Part shown: piece after piece, positions 58,005 through 64,000 of the stretch
Numbering within the stretch: the stretch's first letter is position 1
How the letters are laid out: every line of letters begins with the position of its first letter
Assembly: GCA_017556745.1 (NCBI GenBank)
Contig: JAFYMF010000057.1
Location: forward strand, 3,485-67,484
Source of the DNA: Clostridia bacterium
GTDB taxonomy: Bacteria; Bacillota; Clostridia; Oscillospirales; CAG-272
DNA length: 64,000 nt
Direction of reading: 5' to 3'
The notes under the pieces: model-generated
Told to the model about the DNA's origin: nothing
What the model saw: only the letters and a program-made list of their open reading frames with translations
Databases searched by the model: none
Translations under genes and position numbers: made by a program

Positions 58005-60053
58005 TTATATTCTTGAAAACTGTCTGTCAAAATGGCTCTTGGTCATTTCAAGAGCAACCGGACGTCCATGTGGACAATACCTGATACGAGGATCGTTCAT
58101 CACAACGTCACATATACGTTTTACCGTTTCGGCATCATCATGTCGGCCGCCCTTTACCGCCGCCTTACATGCAGCCTGATAAAGTGCTTTTTCATACAAT
58201 TTTTCTGTATCTTCCTTAACAGAAAGTCCTGCTGAGAGACGTGCGGCAAGAGTTACTACCATGTCCGACACATCCGTGGTATCAATGTCAACAGGGATCT
58301 CAACGATCGAAACAACGTTATCGTCATGGAAATCAACCGTAAATCCGGTATTTTCAAATTCAGCTTGATACTCAGTCAGAGCGGCATATTCCTCGCTTGA
58401 CAGTCTGATTTCAATCGGAACGAGAAGAAGTTGAGTAGATCTGTGAGCTTTCTTAGTATTATCTTTAAGTGACTCAAATATCATTCTCTCATGAGCAGCG
58501 TGCTTATCAATTACAACTATCTTACTTCCTACTTCGGCAACAATATAGCAATCAAATAACACACCTACAAAGCGATACGATTCAGGAGTATATACCTCCT
58601 CCGTCGCTGTATTTTGCTCTTCTACTGTACTTGTCTCATCTACCGTCTCTGTCTCAGGTACAGGAACAGATATTCCCGGGACACCGGCATGAGCATCGTC
58701 TTCTGTTTTAGGTAACTCATGCTTAGCGCAAGAATGCACTCGGACCGGTTCATCACCGGATACACTACCTGACCGAAATATACCCACGTTTGTATCAGGC
58801 TCCGGAGGGAGCGGGACTTCCTCGTTACTTGTCATCGGTTTTACAATTGTAGGAATTGTAGGCTTGACATCACCGTTCTTTGGCAATACAGTCTTACCGA
58901 AATTACTACTGCTAAAAATACCGGTATTTTCTATTGTTATTTGGGTATCTACTTTTTTCTCTTCTCTGTCTGCGGAAGACTTGATAGGAACAAATGCGTT
59001 AACTGATCTTACCTCACGCATTTCCTGTTCAGCCTTTAATTTAAGTTCAGCCGCAGGACGTTCAGCTATCCTTTCAAGAGAAGAACGAACTGCATAATAT
59101 ACTGTTTCAAATACTTCCTTTTCGTTTGCAAACTTCACCTCAAGCTTTGCAGGATGTACGTTAACATCAACACTTGATGGAACAACCTCAACAAAAAGGA
59201 CACAGGATGGGAATTTTTCCGGTTGTATATATGAGGTAAACGCCTGCTCAAGAGCAGCACCTATAGTTTTACTCTTTATGTATCTGCCATTAATAAATAC
59301 ATTTTGAAAGTTTCTGTTAGCTCGAACGTTCTCCGGACGTCCGATATAACCGCTGATCTTTATCGCTCCACCGCTTGAGGATACCTCAAGCAAGCGAGTT
59401 GCAAAGTCGCGCCCCAGAACGGCATAAATTGTATTGAGAAGGATTCCGTCACCTGAGGTAGCAAACTTTATCGCACCGTCAGCAATAAATTTAATAGCGA
59501 TTTTGGGATGTGAAAGTGCAATTTTTTCAACAACGGCGCTAACCGCCATAGTCTCAGTAGAATCCTTTTTCAGAAATTTTCTTCTGGCGGGAACTGTTGA
59601 AAAAAGATTCTCAACTATTACTGTAGTTCCGACAGAACAACCACACTCAGAAACTGCTATACCCTCACTTGACGAAGATATAAGCATATTTCCTACATCG
59701 CTATCCTTAGGACGTGAAAGTATACGCATATCAGAAACCGATGCTATTGCGGCAAGAGCTTCACCTCTGAACCCAAGAGTAAAGATCGCATCAAGATCCT
59801 TTGCAGTTTTTATCTTGCTGGTAGCATGTCTTTTGATAGCAATCGGCAGATCTTCAGCGGCCATACCACAACCGTTATCAGCAACACGAATAAAACTGAC
59901 ACCGCCATTTTTTATCTCGACGGTTATCATATCGGCACCGGAGTCAATTGAATTTTCAAGGAGCTCCTTAACTACAGATGCAGGTCTCTCGACCACTTCA
60001 CCTGCGGCTATAAGATTGGCTATACTAAAATCAAGCACATTTATTTTTCCCAT
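58005..60053 (-). CDS. mutL: DNA mismatch repair endonuclease MutL
   Basis: 682 aa from ATG 60053 (MGKINVLD...), with AGGAGG 11 nt upstream. The ORF track starts 10 codons earlier. Has GHKL ATPase motifs (AAGEVVERPASVVKELLENSIDSGA) and the C-terminal endonuclease motif DKHAAHERMIFE. Confidence 0.95.
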   Translation of the reverse strand: MGKINVLDFSIANLIAAGEVVERPASVVKELLENSIDSGADMITVEIKNGGVSFIRVADNGCGMAAEDLPIAIKRHATSKIKTAKDLDAIFTLGFRGEALAAIASVSDMRILSRPKDSDVGNMLISSSSEGIAVSECGCSVGTTVIVENLFSTVPARRKFLKKDSTETMAVSAVVEKIALSHPKIAIKFIADGAIKFATSGDGILLNTIYAVLGRDFATRLLEVSSSGGAIKISGYIGRPENVRANRNFQNVFINGRYIKSKTIGAALEQAFTSYIQPEKFPSCVLFVEVVPSSVDVNVHPAKLEVKFANEKEVFETVYYAVRSSLERIAERPAAELKLKAEQEMREVRSVNAFVPIKSSADREEKKVDTQITIENTGIFSSSNFGKTVLPKNGDVKPTIPTIVKPMTSNEEVPLPPEPDTNVGIFRSGSVSGDEPVRVHSCAKHELPKTEDDAHAGVPGISVPVPETETVDETSTVEEQNTATEEVYTPESYRFVGVLFDCYIVAEVGSKIVVIDKHAAHERMIFESLKDNTKKAHRSTQLLLVPIEIRLSSEEYAALTEYQAEFENTGFTVDFHDDNVVSIVEIPVDIDTTDVSDMVVTLAARLSAGLSVKEDTEKLYEKALYQAACKAAVKGGRHDDAETVKRICDVVMNDPRIRYCPHGRPVALEMTKSHFDRQFSRI

Positions 60054-60092
60054 TATAGCGTATACCTCCTTTCCTTTACACAACGATTATAT

Positions 60093-62666
60093 TCAAATTA
60101 TTTGTTTTTTCAACTCGTATATGAGGTTCATAGCCTCAATGGGAGTCAGTGTATTTACATCTACACTTTTGAGCTGATTTATAATAGAATCATTTGAAAT
60201 ATCGGTGAGAGTCACTGCATCTAATTCTTCTTTTACAACACCGCCCTTTGAAACATTAACGTCCGGGACAGATCGCTCAATTACCGAAAGAATTTCCTTT
60301 GCACGTTTGATAACTTCATTCGGAACCCCTGCAAGCTTGGCCACTTCTATACCATAGCTATCGTCAGTAGATCCACGAATTATTTTACGAAGGAAAATGA
60401 TGTCGTCTCCCTTTTTCTTTGCAGCAATATTATAATTCACCGCACCCTTAACATCAGACTCAAGCGAAACAAGCTCATGGTAATGGGTAGCAAATAAGGT
60501 TTTTGCACCTATCTTTTTACCGAGAGAATACTCTGCAACAGCACGAGCTATACTGAGTCCGTCATAAGTACTTGTACCGCGCCCTATCTCGTCGTAAATT
60601 ATCAGACTTTTTGAGGTAGCGTTCTTGAGAATATGAGCAACCTCAGTCATTTCAAGCATAAAGGTTGATTGACCGGATGCCAGATCGTCAGATGCACCCA
60701 CTCGTGTGAATATTTTATCCACAACTCCGATTCTTGCATCATCAGCAGGAACGAATGAACCAATCTGAGCCATTACGGTTATAAGAGCTACCTGACGCAT
60801 ATATGTTGACTTACCTGCCATGTTAGGACCGGTAATAAGCATCAAACGATTTGAAGCAGTATCAAGATAGGTATCATTGGGGACAAAGTATGAATCTCTG
60901 ATATACTGTTCGACAACAGGATGTCTTCCCTCTCTTATGTCGATAACATCAGATCCATCGACCTCGGGACAAACATAACGGTTTCGTGAGGCCACAGTAG
61001 CCAAACTGAGATAACAGTCAAGCTTCGCAAGTACAGCTGCGGCAGTAAGAAGCCGCTTTGAATTTTCTGATAATTTGTCTCTTATGCCACAGAAAATGTC
61101 ATATTCAAGAGAATACAGCTTATCCTTCGCACCAAGGATGGTAGCTTCCATATCCTTTAGTTCATCCGTTATATATCTCTCACCATTTGTAAGTGTCTGC
61201 TTACGTATATATCTCTCAGGGACAAGATCTATATTGGATCTTGAAACCTCGATATAATATCCGAATACCTTGTTGTAACCCACCTTAAGATTTTTAATAC
61301 CGGTAAGTTCCTTTTCCTGCTGTTCGATGCGTGTGATCCAACTCTTTCCATCTTTCATAACACTCCTGAGATAATCAACGTCAGAATTGTATCCGTCCGC
61401 TATCATTCCGCCTTCTCTGATAAGGAAAGGAGGACTCTCATGTATCGACGCACCGATAAGGTCACGTAGGTCTACCATATCGTCAAGTTGCTCGCAGATC
61501 TCTGAGAGTTCACCGTTGCTCACACCGTTAAGAAGTTCTTTTACTGCAGGAATAACGGAAACAGTAGAGTATACCGAACGGAGATCCCTACCGTTTGCGG
61601 TACCGTAAATTATTTTAGTTGTAAGACGTTCAAGGTCAAGAACACCTGAGAGCAACTCAGACAACTCTTCTCTCATCATGAAGCTGTCAAACAACTCTGT
61701 TACAGCTCCCTGACGGCGAACTATCTGAGAAACATTAACCAAAGGATGCTCTATCCAGCTCCTAAGCATTCTCGCTCCCGGAGCAGTCTTAGTTTTATCA
61801 AGCACCCACAGGAGAGTACCCTTCTTCTCTTTTGTGCGCATAGTCTCGCACAGTTCTAGATTACGCCTTGTATTGATATCTATACCAAGGAACTGATTCG
61901 CAAAATATACATCAAGCTCTTTGATATAGGATACGTCTTTTTTCTGGGTCTCTGTTATATAACCGATAAGCGCACCCACCGCGAGAATCTCACCCGGATA
62001 TATTGCTATATTCGGAAAGTGAGAATTACAGTAATTTTCGCATACTCTCGCCTCATACAAATACTCTGTACCGTCAGTCACTGATACACCCATACGATCC
62101 TTTAGAAATTCGTATAGGGGCATACACTTGTCGTATTCAAGATTGAGAATGACCTCGCTCGGCGAATAAGTTGAGATCTCATTCATAAGAGAAGAAAGCG
62201 CTTCGTCACCTGAAAAATGTGTACAGGATATTTTGGGGGTAGTTATATCGGAGAAAGCGACGGAGAAATCGGTACCGTTAATATAAACGGCACAAAGATA
62301 GTTGTTTTTGGCATCAACGAGAAGATCACTCTCGATAAGAGTTCCGGGAGTAATAACACGGACTACGTCACGCTTAACTATTCCCTTTGCTGTAGCAGGA
62401 TCCTCTACCTGTTCACAGATAGCTACCTTGTACCCCTTCTCAATGAGCTTTCCCATATACTGCTCGTAAGAATGAAATGGAACACCGCACATAGGTGCCT
62501 TATTTCCCTCTCCGCAGTCACGGGCGGTAAGAGTTATCTCCAGCTCCTGAGATGCAAGAGTAGCATCCTCAAAAAACATCTCGTAAAAATCACCGAGACG
62601 GTAAAAGAGGATGTGATCTCTATATTTGTCTTTTATTTCAAAGTATTGTTGCATCATTGGAGTCAT
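60093..62666 (-). CDS. mutS: DNA mismatch repair protein MutS
   Basis: 857 aa with N-terminus TPMMQQYFEIK, Walker A GPNMAGKST and ATHYHEL. Confidence 0.95.
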   Translation of the reverse strand: MTPMMQQYFEIKDKYRDHILFYRLGDFYEMFFEDATLASQELEITLTARDCGEGNKAPMCGVPFHSYEQYMGKLIEKGYKVAICEQVEDPATAKGIVKRDVVRVITPGTLIESDLLVDAKNNYLCAVYINGTDFSVAFSDITTPKISCTHFSGDEALSSLMNEISTYSPSEVILNLEYDKCMPLYEFLKDRMGVSVTDGTEYLYEARVCENYCNSHFPNIAIYPGEILAVGALIGYITETQKKDVSYIKELDVYFANQFLGIDINTRRNLELCETMRTKEKKGTLLWVLDKTKTAPGARMLRSWIEHPLVNVSQIVRRQGAVTELFDSFMMREELSELLSGVLDLERLTTKIIYGTANGRDLRSVYSTVSVIPAVKELLNGVSNGELSEICEQLDDMVDLRDLIGASIHESPPFLIREGGMIADGYNSDVDYLRSVMKDGKSWITRIEQQEKELTGIKNLKVGYNKVFGYYIEVSRSNIDLVPERYIRKQTLTNGERYITDELKDMEATILGAKDKLYSLEYDIFCGIRDKLSENSKRLLTAAAVLAKLDCYLSLATVASRNRYVCPEVDGSDVIDIREGRHPVVEQYIRDSYFVPNDTYLDTASNRLMLITGPNMAGKSTYMRQVALITVMAQIGSFVPADDARIGVVDKIFTRVGASDDLASGQSTFMLEMTEVAHILKNATSKSLIIYDEIGRGTSTYDGLSIARAVAEYSLGKKIGAKTLFATHYHELVSLESDVKGAVNYNIAAKKKGDDIIFLRKIIRGSTDDSYGIEVAKLAGVPNEVIKRAKEILSVIERSVPDVNVSKGGVVKEELDAVTLTDISNDSIINQLKSVDVNTLTPIEAMNLIYELKKQII

Positions 62667-62701
62667 GACGAACCCTCCGTGTCAAATGTGATTAAAAGTT
62701 A

Positions 62702-63103
62702 TCAGTGATGGTGGTGTCCGCAGTCGGAGTGACAACTGGAGCAATCATGAGTACAGGGACGCTCACCTGTGATCTGGAAGGTGATCTCACCGTTTACCTC
62801 ATTCATAAACTTGTTTACCTCATCCTGAGTTGCATTGTAAGCAATGAAGATCTCATTGGTAATTATGCTGTTATAAAGTTCCTCGATGCGCTTATTGATA
62901 ACGTCAATAAACTCTTTATCTTGGGTCTCCTTCTTATATTCTTCGCCCAGAGCAACTCTCTGAGTATTGTACTCGAGCATAAGAGACTGAATCTCCTTGT
63001 CGGTATCGAAAGCTACCTTAGCAGCCTCCATTTTCTTAATACGCTCATCCTCTTTGATTGCCTGGCCAAGTGCAATTGCAAGCTCCATTACTTTATTGTT
63101 CAT
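62702..63103 (-). CDS. ymcA: YlbF/YmcA family protein (RicA-like) with Cys/His-rich C-terminal tail
   Basis: 133 aa helical YlbF/YmcA-like body. The miaB-ymcA-mutS-mutL order matches B. subtilis ymcB-ymcA-(cotE)-mutS-mutL. The C-terminus is CTHDCSSCHSDCGHHHH. Confidence 0.7.
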   Translation of the reverse strand: MNNKVMELAIALGQAIKEDERIKKMEAAKVAFDTDKEIQSLMLEYNTQRVALGEEYKKETQDKEFIDVINKRIEELYNSIITNEIFIAYNATQDEVNKFMNEVNGEITFQITGERPCTHDCSSCHSDCGHHHH

Positions 63104-63115
63104 TTTTCTTTTCCT

Positions 63116-64000
63116 TTACCTTTCATCAGAATACAGAGCGTAAGTATCCGCTCCTGTTATTTTTATTTCGGCAAATTCGCCGATTTTAATTTTTTCACTG
63201 TTTATATGAACAAGTTTGCCTCCGTCGGTTCTTCCTGTATAAAGGCCATTGCCTTTTTTGCTCATTCCGTCTACAAGTACCCTCAGGGTTCTTCCGACCC
63301 AAGCCTCATTTTTCTTTCTTGAGAGCTCATTTTGCAGATCAATAAGCCTGTCAAAACGCTCACTTTTAATGTTATCGGGAATCATATCCTCTCTTTTTGC
63401 GGCAGGTGTGCCTTCACGGGGAGAATATATGAAAGGATAGATCATATCAAATTCAGCCTTAGCTACAACATCAAGTGTCTTCTCGAAATCATCTTCACTT
63501 TCACCGGGGAAACCAACAATGATATCCGATGTTATAGCTATATCAGGCATTGCCGCCCTGAGCTTTTCTACCGTACTAAGATACTTTTTAGAATCATACT
63601 TACGGTTCATTTCCTTTAACACCTTGTCACTGCCGGACTGAAGAGGTAAATGAAAGTGCTTTGCTACTTTTTCATTTTCGGACATAACCGCAATAAGTCT
63701 GTCAGAGACATCCTTAGGATGGCTTGTCATAAATCTAAGAGTAAAGTCACCTTCTATTTTTGCAAGAGATTCAAGCAGACTCGGGAAATCACATTCACCG
63801 CCGGTATCGCTTCCGTAAGAGTTAACGTTCTGGCCGAGAAGAGTTATCTCCTTGTAGCCGTTCATTACAGCATTTTTTACTTCTTCTGCAATATCCTTGG
63901 GTGTTCTGCTTCTTTCACGGCCTCTCACGTAAGGCACAATACAGTAAGAACAAAAATTGTTACATCCGTACATTACGGAAACCCAAGCCTTGAAGCTGCT
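63116..64000 (-). CDS. miaB: tRNA-2-methylthio-N6-dimethylallyladenosine synthase MiaB; N-terminus lies beyond the window end
   Basis: The frame stays open to position 64000 (...SSFKAWVSVMYGCNNFCSYCIVPYVRGRERS). Has radical SAM CxxxCxxC and a C-terminal TRAM domain (KIGEFAEIKITGA). Confidence 0.9.
   Translation of the reverse strand, partial: SSFKAWVSVMYGCNNFCSYCIVPYVRGRERSRTPKDIAEEVKNAVMNGYKEITLLGQNVNSYGSDTGGECDFPSLLESLAKIEGDFTLRFMTSHPKDVSDRLIAVMSENEKVAKHFHLPLQSGSDKVLKEMNRKYDSKKYLSTVEKLRAAMPDIAITSDIIVGFPGESEDDFEKTLDVVAKAEFDMIYPFIYSPREGTPAAKREDMIPDNIKSERFDRLIDLQNELSRKKNEAWVGRTLRVLVDGMSKKGNGLYTGRTDGGKLVHINSEKIKIGEFAEIKITGADTYALYSDER

Noticed and set aside
60054-60083. 10-codon extension of mutL (MCKGKEVYAI)
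   Set aside because: The AGGAGG SD lies inside the extension, 11 nt upstream of ATG 60053. MGKINVLD... is the canonical MutL start.
59434-60177. 247-aa plus-strand ORF across the mutL start and mutS end
   Set aside because: It is antisense to the GHKL domain of MutL. Its composition is Ser/Ile/Ala-rich and low in complexity. It has no SD or promoter.
1-64000. Search by eye for CRISPR arrays, IS or transposon ends, integrases, phage or defence genes, tRNA/rRNA/tmRNA and riboswitch-length leaders
   Set aside because: None found. The largest non-coding gaps (about 260, 190, 180 and 165 nt) are accounted for by promoters and terminators. No spaced direct repeats or terminal inverted repeats were seen. 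Manual scanning cannot exclude short dispersed repeats.

Overview
This 64-kb window looks like a low-to-moderate-GC, spore-forming Firmicute of class Clostridia. The taxon is inferred only from gene content and order (smc-ftsY, rnc-plsX, trmFO-topA-dprA, yqfC-yqfD-phoH-ybeY-era-recO, mazG-yabO-yabP-yabQ-divIC, miaB-ymcA-mutS-mutL). The window is almost entirely densely packed core housekeeping DNA. I call 59 CDS, two of them truncated by the window edges. Most lie on the minus strand in long co-directional strings, often with overlapping stop and start codons. There are two plus-strand islands. The first (27.5-30.4 kb) holds ylbJ, a small Cys-rich protein, a DUF3343-like protein and a class V desulfurase. 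The second (50.6-56.8 kb) holds a P-loop NTPase, a four-subunit 2-oxoacid:ferredoxin oxidoreductase, a DUF1846 gene and an XRE-TPR regulator. I could read several near-consensus sigma-A promoters and rho-independent terminators directly from the sequence. I found no rRNA, tRNA, CRISPR array, transposase, integrase, phage gene or large repeat. I do not see a convincing novel multi-gene system such as a defence island. The unusual items are modest: (1) a cdaA-cdaR c-di-AMP operon that continues into a COG2509-type flavoprotein and an RseC-like protein where glmM is expected; (2) a SIMIBI-type NTPase as first cistron of the oxidoreductase operon; (3) an insulated DUF1846 gene; (4) an RRNPP-like XRE-TPR regulator with no visible peptide gene; (5) a DUF3343/desulfurase pair; (6) a membrane-anchored coiled-coil beta-lactamase-fold protein; (7) a perfect 20-bp palindrome fused to the hup promoter; (8) a RicA/YmcA homologue with a Cys4-His4 tail. 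All functional calls rest on motifs I recognise by eye and on synteny, since no database search was possible.
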